A stretch of DNA of 64,000 bases. Origin: Azolla caroliniana. Its lineage: Eukaryota > Plantae > Polypodiophyta. The first letter of the stretch is position 1. Each line of letters starts with the position of its first letter. The stretch covers positions 5,022,001-5,086,000 of the forward strand of contig JBHGNT010000009.1 in NCBI GenBank assembly GCA_043228905.1, in the 5' to 3' direction. The position numbers were made by a program, and so were the translations under genes. The notes below the pieces were generated by a model. It was given only the letters and a program-made list of their open reading frames with translations, was not told the DNA's origin and ran no database searches. This document shows, in pieces, positions 37,241 through 50,450 of the stretch.

Positions 37241-39098
37241 GTTGTTGGACTTGGCATTGTTTCCTGTACCCGGTGTAGGACTTGTGGTAACCGCGGGGCT
37301 CTGGTCTAGTTGGCTGGTTGAGGCGCCTTTTTCCGGTTCACGTGGGTGGCTCCCGTTTTTGAAATGTTGTTTTTTATTAAAGTTCTTTTTGTTGCAGTAC
37401 CCTTGCCGAGGTTGGTCGTCATACCTCTCGTACTCTTCCCGTCGTTGGTGATACCCGGGGGAGTGATCCCGGTTGTGATGCTCGTACCGTCCATTGTATT
37501 CTCGGTACTTGTTGTATCTCTTGTAACGGTCGTAGTTGTCTCGCCGATTATCGAAACGAACATCTTGTGCCGGTCGATAACAATCCCGTCGTGGTCGCCA
37601 AAAACTGTGTTATTGCTAGGGCCTGACAACAGCCTAACACGGGGTGTCCCCTTAAGACATGTCACCAAAGGGTGGTACGGCAGAATGACTTACGGCACAA
37701 TGCTTAATTAGACCTTAATCGATTACTTAGCCATCCGTAATTAACACGCGTAAGATATGACAATAATCACATAACGGTAATCAACACTTGAAGATTAAGA
37801 CCATAAGCTTTATTAATTATCCGCTATTGATTACACTGTAACCGGGCCTTTATATAGGTCTCTGGTGCGAAATACAAAACGGTGCCAAACGGCACCTTTA
37901 CGGAATCGTTCCGGATCCAGATCGGCATACCGATTCCGGTCCGTCCGTCCACATCTTCTTATATAATAATATGTATATATTAAGACTACTAATTCCAACA
38001 GTTCCTGAATAACTATTCCTTTCACACTCTGGTTTGGAGTTTGGACCCCCTTTAGCCTTCTTTGCCGGCCGGTAACAATTACCTCCATCCGGACGGTGCT
38101 GAGTATAGCGGCAAGCGTGGACCTCGAGGTAGAGCAGCTGGACGTGAAGACGGCATTCCTTCACGGTGACCTCGAAGAGGAGATCTACATGCAGCAACCG
38201 GAAGGATTCGTGGAGAAAGGGAAGGAGCACCTGGTATGCCGGTTGAAGAAGAGCATGTACGGACTGAAGCAGGCTCCCCGACAATGGTACCAGAAGTTCG
38301 ACTCCTTCATGACCAATCAAGGGTACCACAAGACACAAGCTGATCACTGCGTGTTTGTGAAGAAGTTCGAAGGATGTCGTCGGGAGCTTGATGTACGCAA
38401 TGGTGCGTACCCGACCGGATATAGGTTCCGCAGTCGGAGTGGTGAGCCGGTTTATGAGCAATCCTGGCAAGGAGCACTGGAACGCGGTCAAATGGATACT
38501 CCGGTACTTGAAGGGAACTTCGGATATGTGTCTCCGATTCGGTTCCGGCCAACCTCAACTTGACGGTTTTACCGATTCGGACATGTCAGCTGATGTGGAT
38601 ACCAGCCAGTCTACATCCGGGTATGTAATGACATATGCAGGGGGAGCTGTTTCGTAGAAGTCGAGGCTGCAGAAGACGGTTGCGTTGTCAACCACGGAGG
38701 CGGAGTACATGGCGGTTGTGGAAGCCGGCAAGGAAATATTATGGATGAAGGACTTCATCAGAGAGCTCGGTATCCGGCAAGATGAATATTGGCTCTATTG
38801 CGACAGTCAAAGGGCCATCCACCTTGCTAAGAATGCGACCTACCATTCCCGGACAAAGCATATCCAGCGAAGGTATCACTGGATCCGGGAAAGAGTAGAT
38901 GACCAGGAGTTCGCGTTGACGAAGATCCACACGGCCGAGAACGGGTCAGATATGCTGACCAAGGTACTGATACCCGACAAGCTGGATGCATGCCGGAAGC
39001 GGATCGGACTAGTAGGACACCCCATGCCGGAGTGAAGGGGGAGTTTGTTGGGAAACAGGTCCCTCCAGATGGGAAGTGAGAAGAACAGTGCTGATGAG

Positions 39099-39337
39099 TT
39101 GGGAGTTAGTGTAGTAGGCTCATTTATGAGCAATCAAGTACCATTAGTACTTGTGTCAGCCCGATAGTCATGGCTTGTATAAAAGGTGCTCACTAAGCAC
39201 GAAGTATGTACAGAGTGTCATTATTTTGAAATAGAACCGAGTTGTCTACTCTCTCTCTGTCTCTCCCTCTCCATCTCCATCTTTGCGTTTTCTGTGTTTT
39301 ACCAAACTATCGTTCTTCGCACACGTATTCTTTTACA
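39099..39337 (+). mobile_element. 3' part of a family A LTR fused to the first ~54 bp of the family B 3' LTR
   Basis: TTGGGAGTTAGTGTAGTAGGCTCATTTATGAGC...GTATTCTTTTACA is the reverse complement of about 13537..13808. Confidence 0.88.
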
Positions 39338-39989
39338 ACCCTAACCCGAACACATCTTGTTCTATACATAAAATGAGAACATATTTATGCATATTAATTC
39401 TTAACCTTGAGGCATTTGAAAACTTTTCCCACACATGTCTTGCCTTACTAATATTTTCTCACTTAGGTGCCAAAAACAAGGCTTCCCTAATGGCGAACCA
39501 AATAATTCTTTGTCCAAAGCCATATTGCGTAATTTAACAAGAATAGGATGTGTCACAATAGTCCATAACAAAGGGCTAACCGAATTGATCTTTGAACAAA
39601 AATAGGTTGTGTTACTCCACGGACCACCATTAAACATCACATGTTAAATACAACCCTCCCCTCATGTGTAGATCAACTTATACATACTATCACCAAAACC
39701 CATATGAGACATTAACTTATGCGATCATAGGAATCAAGGTAAAGGATGGTACACTTGAGAAGAAGAAGAAGATGATCATGATCATGATGATGAATAAGAA
39801 ATCTTAATACTCACAAAGAAGAGGTAAAAATACAACCTTAAAAACCTCAAGTATCTTGATAAAAAGAAGAAAAAGAACTAAGAAATGAAGAAGAGGAAGC
39901 CAAAAATCCCAATGGACCTTGAAATAAGCCCTCTTCTCTTCTTTTTTTACTCCTTTTTAATGTGTTATGTTTTACATGCATTTTTGCCC

Positions 39990-40518
39990 CAATGGGCACA
40001 GTTCAATTTGGTTTCAATGCAAAGAAACCGAACCATTTATATAAAACAAAAACCAAACCAAACCAAACCGTTTATGAACTCTCAAGCCATTTAAACCCAA
40101 ATTGTTTAGGGAAAAGTTTAAACGAAACTTAACCATTTAATACAAAATTTAAACCTAACCCTTTAAGTCAAACTAATAAACAAAAATACATTAAGTGAAG
40201 TTTATTAAATTAATAAAAGAAACTTTAATTAAACCATTAAATTAAATAAATATTTAAGTTAAATTAATCAAATCAATACAAACCCATTAACTAAACCATT
40301 AAATTAATAAAATATTAAGATGAAAAAAAAGTTAATCAATAACCACTAAACCTTTAAACCAAACCATTTAAATCGATAAACTCGAGTTTTGGAACCAAAC
40401 CGAACCGTTTGTTAAAAATCCAAACCAAACCAAACCATTAAATTTTTTTTGGAACCAATAAACCATTAAGCCATGGCTTAACGGTTTGATTCGGTTTGAG
40501 CCGAAACCATGCCCATTG
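39990..40518. mobile_element. MITE-like element with AAACC/AACCG subterminal repeats
   Basis: TIR CAATGGGCA...TGCCCATTG; many AAACCAAACC and AAACCG motifs; TSD unclear. A related terminus TAGGGATTGGCAA starts near 40758. Confidence 0.6.
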
Positions 40519-40899
40519 CTACCTTTTTAAGATGCCTATTTTTTTACATTCTTTTTTTCCCTCTTTATTTCCTTCAAAAATTGAAAAAAAAATAATGTTA
40601 TTGTTTTAATAAACACAAAGAGAGATGTGACCTCTATACTTTTGATAATTAAATAGGAACCCTAACCACTAGACCATTAAGTCTATTATCTTATATTAAA
40701 TCTCTCTTTTTTGTAATTTTGGGTATAATCCCTTTTCATTCACTTCCTACCTATAGGTAGGGATTGGCAATGGTTCAACTCAAACCTAAACCATTTAGCT
40801 TAAACGGTTTTAAACGGATTAGCGGCTTGGCTTGGTTTAGGCTTGAGCCTACCTAAACGGTTTCAACTTGGCTCGACTTGACTATTTCATCCTCCCACA

Positions 40900-41800
40900 T
40901 AGTGGTAAAGGGTTTCCAACAAAAGAAGGGTGTTGATTTTGATGAGATTTTCGCTCCAATTGTGATGACATATCCAGGGGGAGTTGTATCATGGTAATCA
41001 AGATTGCAAAAGAGTGTGGCTTTGTCAACTATAGAGGTTGAGTATATGGCTGCACTTGAGGCTAGTGAGGAATTGATTTGGATGAAAGAAGTTTTGATTG
41101 AACTGGGAATGAGGCAAGACAAGTTCTTACATCATTGTGACAATCAGAGTGTCATCCACCTTGCCAAGGATGTTGGTTATCGCTCTCTAGCCAAACACAT
41201 ATAGAGAAGGTTTCATTGGTTGCCAGAGAGAGTACAAGATGGTGAGTTCACTTTAGTGAAGATTCACACCGATGAAAATGGTTTAGATACGCTGACGAAA
41301 ACTTTGCATAAGGAGAAGCTTGTTGCTTGTTGTATGAGATCAGGATTGGTTGATTCTCCCATACAAGAGTGAAGAAAGAGAGAGAGAGATGAAAGGTGTG
41401 AGTGTGTGAAATAAGAAAGATAGAAGTGACCACGACAACGTTTGGGAGACTCTGTGTGTGATACGTAGAGGGGGTTCTCAAAAGACAATCTGCAGGTGTA
41501 GTGGCATTGTCGTCTCTGAGTGGGCAGCTCTCCTAATCAGGGTCTACTATTTTGTTTCTTTATAATTGTCTTACTACCAAGGGTTGTAGCCTTGATGCCT
41601 AAATATTCCACTAGCGATATTCAAAGAGTTTGTAATCACCTGTACACTTAGTTATATTGAAAAGTTTGGTATCCTGAGGGTCTCCTGGTTTTTCCCTAAT
41701 TTAGGGTTTTCCACGTTAAAATCTTGTGTGATTTGTTTCTCTTGTTACATTTATCAATTCTTGTATTGTCTACTTGATTGATTCTGACTCCAATTATGAC
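40900..41800 (+). mobile_element. Old deleted Tnt1-like copia remnant (RT/RNase H pieces, purine tract, decayed LTR; approximate)
   Basis: VVKGFQQKKGVDFDEIFAP is joined directly to the RNase H start, then QKSVALSTIEVEYMA...HCDNQSVIHLAK. AGGGTTTTCCACGTTAA is shared with family B/C LTRs. Confidence 0.8.
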
Positions 41801-41848
41801 ATCAACTACTACATATAATATATCTATTCAGAATCAAACTACATATAA

Positions 41849-41849
<1 letters not shown>

Positions 41850-41897
<48 letters not shown>

Positions 41898-44662
41898 CCT
41901 TACGTGTACACACACACATAGAGCTCGCTTTCGTTGCATAGCACCACCTACATCTCACCTTCTTTACATGGAATCAGAGCATGTGGTTGCCTAATTAAAC
42001 TCGCTCAACTATGTTGTGATCACAACACCGACGATCATCAAAACTGGTTCAAACAACAGAGAAAGAAATCGACATCATGAGTACTCGGATGGGAAGCACT
42101 CCTCCTACGGAGAAGCTCGACAAGACAAACTTTGCATCTTGGGAATACAAGATGCATCAATACCTTGTCGGACAAGGTTCTTGGAGTTATATCGAAGGAG
42201 CTCACAAAACGCAACCCAACCCAACACATGCCGACCACCCAGTGTGGGAGCAGGCGGCAAGCCGTGTATTGTATTGCCTTGCATCTTGTATTGTCGTGTG
42301 TTGTATTGCCTACAGAGAAGCTCAACAGGACAAACTTTGCATCTTGGGAATACAAGATGCATCAATACCTTGTCGGACAAGGTTCCTGGAGTTATATCGA
42401 AGGAGCTCACAAAACACAACCCAACCCAACACATGCCGACCACCCAGCGTGGGAGCAGGCGGCAAGCCGTGTGTTGTATTGCCTTGCATCATGCGTTCAT
42501 GACCACATGCTCGGCTATATTCGAGAGTCGAAAACGCCAAAAGAAGCTTGGGGCAACCTCAAGAAGATTTTCGCAACCAACACGGCTGCACGTAAACTGT
42601 AACACCCACAAGAGTTAAACAATATGCAACATAGGGACATGTCAATCACCAGCTACACCTTGAAGATCAAGGAGTTGTGTGATGCCCTCGGATCGATCAA
42701 CGTCGTCATCGATGATGACGAATGGTGCAAATATGCCTAGGCGGCTTAGCACCATGATTCAGCACGATTAGATCGGTCATTCTCGAAAGGGAGAATCCAC
42801 CTTCCTTTTTCGACCTTCAATCGATACTATTGGTGGGATACTATTGGTGGAAGAAAATCATGCCCGACAGAGGAGCAATGCACCCGAAGGTCAGATGCTC
42901 TACTCCCAACTAGACGATAGAAGAGGATTCGGTCGAGGGTGATAGAGTCAACTAACCCGAGAACGCAACTCCTGCCAATGGCAAGATGGTAGGAGTAATC
43001 CTAGAGAGTTCGGCAGAAGAGGGAGTCATCCAGCTGGACAGAGCCATCACAATAACCCGATCGAATGTGGGTATTATGGAAAACTCAACCACTACGAAGA
43101 GGAGTGTCGAAAGAAGCAACAAGAATCGGCTTCAACTAGCCGACAACTCACTAACTATGCTTCAAATTCCGATTACGACGATCATGGCGGAATGTTCATG
43201 ATGAGGCACAAAGCGCATGCAATGTCAGCACAAGGTGAGACAAGCACCTCTCCTTCGGATAATGTATGGTTTGTCGACTCAGGAGCATCCAATCATATGA
43301 AGCCCCACAAAGATTGGTTCCAAGAATTACGAAAGCTTGAACAACTTCCCACAGAGATCGTGTTCACACTAGTCAGTGGACATCTTACTAGACTAGTTTT
43401 GTAATTAGTAGAAACGGCACTTGCCCTAGACTAGTTGGTATTTAAACCAACTTTTTGTACCTTAGTTATTGTTGGATGTAATCTATCTTTTTACGAATAC
43501 ATCTTCTTGTTCAAGCTTTCTCTCTCCCTCTCTCTCTCTGTCTTGCCTTATGTTGTCGTGAAAAATTCGTCACTACGTGCGGATCGTGAGGCGGAACCGT
43601 CGGGGTCCTGGACCGAAAGGATTCGAAATTTGCACTAGCTTTAGTGAGAAAGGATTTAAGAGAGATTGAGAGAGAGATTGAGATTAAACCTTTGACTTCA
43701 GATTTGAGAGACAAGATACATCACCATTAGGATAACTTGTTATTATTATTATTAATAATTTCTTCCCAATTTCTTCATTAGCCTCATCTTGCTTGACCTC
43801 CATTCTTTTATAGATCCCCCCATGCATGTGATGCATGTTTGCCATGTCACTCATCCAAGCTCTCATGTATGAGATTTTACATATGAAAAGTACAATGATA
43901 AAAGAATAATTCTAAAGTCATGACTTAGCTTAGTGGTAAGTCATGTGGCTCTTATGTAGGAGGTGTAAGGTTCAAATTCTTACTTACACCTCATAAACAC
44001 AAAATTTTACAAGGCTTTAGTTTTGTATTTACAAATGTTTAACTGCATATTACATCTTCAGTCGGCCTCCAATGAACCGATGGAACCTATAGACGATTTT
44101 GTTCGTTTCACACCGAAAATCTTCACGACACCGTGTGTTGCGATCAACCTATTCGACCGACCCGACCGATCCATCTCGACCGGTTCGATCCGCATTCCGT
44201 CTTGTCCGGTTCCAAAACCATTATGAGTAGTTTAGTCCAAGTCACCTTAAACATTCTATGCTCCACATATAGACAAAAAGTAATAAGTTCTAGCTCTGCT
44301 TATATACTATGGGATCCAAATTTGTCCTATATATGTGGGATATCTCACAGTTTTGTTTTTCTCTTCTTCTTCTCAAACTTCACACTCACATAACTTCACA
44401 TTTAGTTGTCCATTTCAAATGTAGTAAAGTACATTCGAAAGCTCTTGAAGACATCCATCTTTTCATACCAAGATATTAAACTAATATAAAATAGTATCTT
44501 CACTATTATTGTTTCATATTGTGTGAAGAACCACACTTGATTTTGTACATTCCATGCAATTTTCACACCGTTGCCGAAAATCTTCACGACAATGTGTACT
44601 CACACACACACACACAGCTCGCTTCCATTGCATAGCACCACCTACGTCTCACCTTCTTTACA
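41850..44662 (+). mobile_element. gag-only copia derivative related to family A (pol deleted; left edge approximate)
   Basis: LTR end CACCTTCTTTACA at 41968 and 44662; PBS TGGAATCAGAGC 41969..41980; gag TEKLDKTNFASWEYKMHQYL; protease start WFVDSGASNHM near 43270, then a jump to LTR sequence. Confidence 0.85.
43554..44591 (-). mobile_element. Solo LTR of the TGTCGTGA family with a 4-bp TSD
   Basis: Termini TGTCGTGAA...TTCACGACA; ATGT at 43550..43553 and 44592..44595. The empty site (CTTACGTGTAC) is visible in the other host LTR near 41900. A/B boxes at 43926..43979. Orientation is inferred from the PPT next to the homologue at 13349. Confidence 0.85.
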
Positions 44663-45717
44663 ATAGCCCATTCTCTACTCAACAAAGTTTCCCATAATAT
44701 TCTCTTCTTTTGAGTAGAACATGCCCCTCCCTCATTCCATGTTACCATTTTCATTTAATCAACAATGTTATGGGTGCAGTTGGTCCTTTAGAGCAACCGA
44801 TGCCATGAAACTAGTCAAAGCATGTTCCAATGCAACATATGGATTTTCATGCACCACATCCCTAGGGTTGTCTACAAAAACATTTTGTTAGGTCGTCCCG
44901 CCAAAACAAAAACCTCGAGGGTTCAATGGATTTATAACTTGTCTCAATTAATCAAATTGAAGTTGAAGAGGTAAATTCCCTTATCTCTAAATTGTCATTG
45001 GCAAGGAGCTTTTCGAGGACCCTCCCTTGTCCCTAAACTACCTTGCCAAATAGTAACACTAGTAGTGGGCAAACTATTACATTGTATATTCATTGATTTC
45101 CCTTTCGACTTTCCCTTTACATGATGTCAATCTTTATCAACAACAACATTGATACTAGGCCTATCAAATGATTTTTTTCCCCTTATTTGTAAGCATTGTT
45201 CCATATCGATATATTGCAAGTTCCCTTATTCTTAGGTTCAAAATCTTGAAGTAGGGCCTCTTTATCACCTATTCCAAACAATGTTCCTTCATCCATAACA
45301 ACCACAATATCTCACAAACCAACGTCTCTCTCAACTCCTTCCTTAGACATTCCTTCATTAGGAACTCCCAAGTTGAAGGACGATGACATTTGCATTCCAC
45401 CATAAAGTGGCTCCTTTCACCACTTTAATTTAAAACAAAGTCTTTTCATACCATGTGAGTGTTAGGATCGTGACCGGCCACAACCAGTTGCTCGTATGTA
45501 TATTCGGGTGCAGAAATCGAGAAATAACAATGCACAGACAGAAAGACACGAGTACAGAGACACAAAATATTTTAACGTGGAAACCCCCCAAAGGGAAAAA
45601 CCATGGGGTTCCACAAACTCCAAGAAACGAATCACTATATGTAGAGGGAGGAATACACAGAGACTCAAAGGCAACAACCTCGAGCTCGTCTTCGTCTAAC
45701 ATACGGTAGTAGAGTTA

Positions 45718-45765
<48 letters not shown>

Positions 45766-46700
45766 CTCTCAGTTACTAAGGCAACTACTCATTGTGTAAC
45801 TATACACAAACAATCAACTACACGAATGATTCAACCACACTCATAAAGTTTGCCCTAGTTGTATAATTTTATACTTATACAACTTTCTGGCTATTTTCAG
45901 ATATACCCCATATGGGGCACATTCAGACTATTTACAAATATAGTCTCTCATATCGGTTATATAATCAATTCTCGATTTCGATTTCGATTTGCCGAATTAC
46001 CCATTTACTTCATCCGATTCGGTTCGTTCACTTCTTCCCATCCGAAGGGACTTGTTTTCCCAACAGTGAGTTCATACACACCCATCCTGGCCTCTTACGA
46101 CTTGTACCCCATAACACACAAAATCTATAGGTATTTGTAGCATTTGCATGTGGTGATACTAACTTTATCCATTTCACTCACCAACTCTTGTAAAAGGAGC
46201 CATAAAAACATATGCTCACAATCCACTAATACCCAGACATGGCATTCTTGTTTCACCAAAGCATGATAGTCCACTAACGAGGATCATTGCATTAAATGCA
46301 CAAACCGTTTATCTAAGAACATGAGAACTTTATTCAACAATGTACCTCGATGTTCCGGAGAACAAAATATAACATCATAAAACCCTTGTGAACCTGCATA
46401 TATATTCTCAACTCAATCCAGTGATACAATTGCGTTCAACCATTGTTTGATCCAATTTATGAATGGGAGTTTCCCAATATAAAAATAATATAATCGCACA
46501 ATTAGAGGATACATAAAAAGACTACAAAATTGCCCTAGCATCAACTTCCACATTATGCACACCCTCATTGATGCATTCTTTTGTACCATTTTCATATTAG
46601 ACAACAAGATATTGGCAATCACCCATAAACTATCCCAATTTCTTCTCATTGACTTCCTCAATAGCCTTAAGTCCCTTAGAGCTCCCAAACTCTTCCCTTT
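44663..46700 (-). mobile_element. Decayed L1-type LINE (ORF1 and start of the ORF2 endonuclease; right edge approximate)
   Basis: Minus-strand translation gives DUF4283-like GFYDVIFCSPEHRGTLLNKVLMFLDKRFVHLMQ...CHVWV (~46400..46220). MKMVTWNEGG from the ATG at 44754 resembles the L1 endonuclease start (TWNVRG). Confidence 0.7.
45460..46065 (-). mobile_element. Solo LTR (606 bp) related to copia families B/C
   Basis: TG...CA ends; TSD GTGAG at 45455..45459 and 46066..46070; the minus strand starts TGTTGGGAAAACAAGTCCCTTCGGATGGGA, like 22907 and 27146. Confidence 0.95.
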
Positions 46701-47364
46701 CATGATTACATTCTACCATAATATTGCACTTTGTTGGTGCAATTGTTCCCAAATCATTGTCCCCCCATTGTTTGTTAGGAAATCATGACCATGTCCTCTA
46801 TTCTTGATGTCATATTGAACAAGGATAAAACAAATTTCCATGAATAAGAGAGAAGACTAGAACTCACTCATTTGAAGAGAATGAAGATGATGAAGACAAT
46901 AGGAGGCTTGCAATGCGTGTTGAGTAAATGTGTGTTGACAATGTACGATTCTTTGTTTCTATTGTTTCTACCAATACAAACCACCAATTTAAACTTGTTA
47001 TACATCATTACGAAGTTCTGATAGAGGGTTTTTCAATGATTGTGTCGGTGCAAATTTGTCACCAATAGAGACCGCAGTAATGAAAAAAAAATCTCCTTCT
47101 TAAATTTCATCGCCGAAGAGGCCGCATTGTTGCGAAAATTGCATGCATGCATGAGAATCATGACTGGGACCACCAAGGTCTTGAACATGAGAGGATGGGA
47201 TGATTTGGGGAAAGATGACTTCAAGAACTTCAAATTTGACAATTGTTAGCTTCGTCTAAAGGTTAGAGATGGATCCTAATAACAATCTACAAGTGAAGAT
47301 GTTCATATATTTCAATGAATTTAAGAATATTTAAGCATGCTAAATTATTTATGTAATTTTCTTA

Positions 47365-47391
47365 TATATACACACACGCGCACGCGTGTAG

Positions 47392-47441
<50 letters not shown>

Positions 47442-47590
47442 TTACGTATATGTTTATATGTATTTTAAAATCCAATGCATGTATGTATAAATGTAGTGTG
47501 TACATGTGATTGAGTGTGTATGCATTTATATATAAGTACATATGTGTGTAACAATCTATGGGAATGTGCATATGTGTATGTGTATGCATG
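47365..47590. repeat. (GT)n microsatellite and degenerate alternating purine-pyrimidine tract
   Basis: Perfect (TG)n at about 47395..47438 with degenerate TATG/TGTG flanks. Confidence 0.9.
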
Positions 47591-48825
47591 TTTTTCTTGT
47601 AAGTGTATTATGTTTTTGTCAATGTTTGTGTTTTGTTAGCATGGAGGTTCAAGTAGTGACATGAGTGTGTGGCATGAGAGAACATTTGGAACCCATCATG
47701 GGTGGTCTTTGACGCTTTGTGTAATACCTTTTTGAGAAATATCTCTTTTGAGGAATTCAATTCAGGAATGTTTGTTTCAAGAAACCTAGTACAAAGAAAT
47801 CTCCCCTTCACCCCTCCCGCGCAAATTCTTTGATAGAAGCGTACATGTCAACTGAGTTGACCAGAAATACCACATTCTTGTTAAGGTCCAATGCAACAAC
47901 ACTCTCGATCTCCCCGAGAGTGTCATTGAATGACACCGCCTCACGACCTTGCATATCGTATCTTCATCCTTGACTATATTACATTGTTTTGAATCATCAT
48001 CAAATAATTTAATCCTAAGCTCATCTTTCCTAATTACACTAGAGAATTGTTATGATCTAGACATAGTCAATCTACCACCAACATCCCATACCCACGGATA
48101 TTAGGATCATTAGTACCTTGGAATAGGTAACACGATTGTTGTCACAAAAGCCTAACATACACCACTAGTGTCTCAAGACTTCAGCCTTCCAATGTAATGT
48201 GTTTTATGAGGGTAATTAGGTTGATATTTATAGTTCCTTCCTAGGCCCCTTTAATAGATGTGCTTTTCTAAAAGAATCTTCATTCATTGGTTGTCAAGAT
48301 CATGATGGTGCATGCACCTATCATCCCTTCTATCCAATCACATTAATCCCTTTCTAACATTAGTGAACATACCCTTCACTTATATTTTGTAAACATTAGT
48401 GACCTACCCTCACCTATGTTATGTGTGCATAACAATAAATCATTTGTCGTGCTCCAAAAATAAGAAGTAAACTACTAGTTTATAGTGCCGGCATTAATAT
48501 TAACGATATCATTTGAAATAACAAGAAGTATCCTCATTGATTTCTCAATGTTTTACTTGTTTACAAAACTTTATGATCGACAAGATTGGTGATTACACTA
48601 AGATGTTTAATCCTAAAGGTCTTTCAAAGCTTAATCATTTACCGAAATTACCAAATATTAAAACTAGGGAAACCACATACCTTTCCTCAAAAGATAGATC
48701 TTGAGACAAAAAATGGTTTAATCTATGAGTTTAGATCATTGAATGTTGATAATAAAAAATATCCATAGGCTAGCCAAATTCATAGAACCCGCAATGAATC
48801 TACCCATCACTTTGGTACTTTTAGG

Positions 48826-49356
48826 AGGTTCATTATTCTGGCAAATTACAATAGCTTTTCTATTTCTCTACATAGAGCATGATGAAATCCTGTAGTCATT
48901 TCTATTAGATACCATTTTTGGACTGAATATTAAAGATTATATTAAATCAATCTATTGTTTGAACCCATTCTTAAGCTTGTGGAGTTTCTTTGTCGAACTT
49001 GCGTAGCCTAAAACCACCTACCCTAGTAAAAGTGCCCATTGTTTACCTTAAGGATCAGTCATTTGTATGACCTAACAATGATTTGTTTTAGTAGGTTCAT
49101 TAATTCTAGCAAATTACAATAGCTTTTATGTTTCTCTACATAGAACATGATGAAATCCTCTAGTCATTTCTATTAGATACCATTTTTGGATTGAATATTA
49201 AAGATTATATTAAATCAATCTATTGTTTGAACCATTCTCAAAGCTAGTGGAGTTTTTTTGTCAAACTTACGTAGTCTAAAAACACCTACCGTTGTAAAAG
49301 TGCCATTGTTGAGCTTAAGGATGAGTCATCTCTATGACCCAACAACAATTTGTTTT
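48826..49356. repeat. ~266-bp tandem duplication
   Basis: AGGTTCATTA(A)TTCT.GCAAATTACAATAGCTTTT occurs near 48826 and 49093, collinear to ATTTGTTTT. Confidence 0.9.
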
Positions 49357-50357
49357 TGCAATATTGGTAAAAGTATCCATTTTTTAGCATAAGGATGAAT
49401 TGTCTCTAGAACTTAACTACGAATGGTGATTCATCTATAGGAATTAAAGACACATTATGCATAAATTGATGATTCATTTAGATGTGGAAACCTACTTGGG
49501 CCAAAATTTGCGAAGTGCTCATTTTTGTAACCTAACCATAAATAGTCTCTCGCACCATCGAATAAAACATCCATACACCATCGTCTAATCATCTAAAAAT
49601 GTGGCTTATTTACAAATTGTATAAATTGACTCTCGTCATGAGCTAAACACTTCCACATGACAAACTTGCATTGTGGTTGAATTTTAATGAGACTCTGAGA
49701 CCCAATTCCACCTCATTTTCATGCATATGTCATACATACAAATACACACATATTTGCGTCAATTTTTTGGCATCAAACCTAAGTTCATTTGTATGATAAG
49801 ATTCATTTAAATCTTAGTATTTGTAAAGAGGAATCTCCCTTTCTATTAAGTAAAACAATTAATTTCTCCTTGTCCATTCTATTGTTAAGGCTTGTCCTTG
49901 GGAGAGTTCACCACCTCGGGAGAGTTTCCTTATGAGAGACAACCTTCTACACCCATTTCTTGAAAGATACAGAAAGGCTTGTCCTTGCAAGCCTATGACA
50001 ATCTATGGGTTAAGATCACAAACCCTGATACCCAAGTCTCTATGTTAATCCATTTCTTGAAGCTATGAATCCATTTTACCAATTTCCCTTACCTAAATTG
50101 CTCTATGCACCAAAGTTTGTTCACAACGGAGACCTCGTCCCATGAACTAAACTTCCACAGTACATAGTTGTAGTGTAATTGACTTCTAGCAAGACACCTA
50201 TCTTGATTTAGAGCCACCATAGTTTCACCTCGTTTCTACACATACTCACACTTTTTCACATGATTAGGTGACCCCAACATGTAAAAACTATATGTACATG
50301 ATGACATAAATACTTAGGAGATTGAATGGACTTTTGATAATTTTGTTTATGGCCTTG

Positions 50358-50450
50358 ATGGTCATCATAGTCTTAACTTGTGCCTTGTAGATGCTCATCA
50401 TGGTCTTAACTTGTGTCTTGTAGATGTTCATCATATGTGCCTTATAGATG
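50358..50450. repeat. ~33-bp tandem repeat, ~2.5 copies
   Basis: GATG.TCATCAT.GTCTTAACTTGTG.CTTGTA repeated. Confidence 0.8.

Larger units (their letters stand above)
24906..38077 (-). mobile_element. Non-chromovirus (Athila/Tat-like) Ty3/gypsy element; degenerate, 3' end truncated
   Basis: 5' LTR ~37606..38077 begins TGTTACCGG on the minus strand; PBS TGGCGACCAC (tRNA-Arg type) at 37591..37600. Order is CCHC knuckle (~37185..37230), protease, RT, RNase H, integrase. Most of gag is absent and no 3' LTR is seen. Confidence 0.9.
22907..39099 (+). mobile_element. Tnt1/Tork-like Ty1/copia, family B; degenerate, split by a gypsy insertion
   Basis: 5' LTR 22907..23618 (TGTTGGG...GTCA), PBS TGGTATCAAAGC 23622..23633. 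gag from 23649 with CFYCGKLGHFLKNC, protease to ~24905. RT/RNase H resumes 38078..39035 with an internal deletion near 38375. PPT GAAGGGGGAG and 3' LTR start at 39046. Confidence 0.9.

Noticed and set aside
25043-37711. Numerous antisense or shifted-frame ORFs within the GC-richer retroelements
   Set aside because: Shadow ORFs of gag-pol, extra-ORF or LTR sequence; identical pairs such as 27315..27689 and 32020..32394 simply reflect the two LTRs.
44770-44840. Plus-strand integrase-like fragment (DAMKLVKAC)
   Set aside because: A short chance resemblance; the minus strand fits the L1 ORF1/ORF2 junction better.
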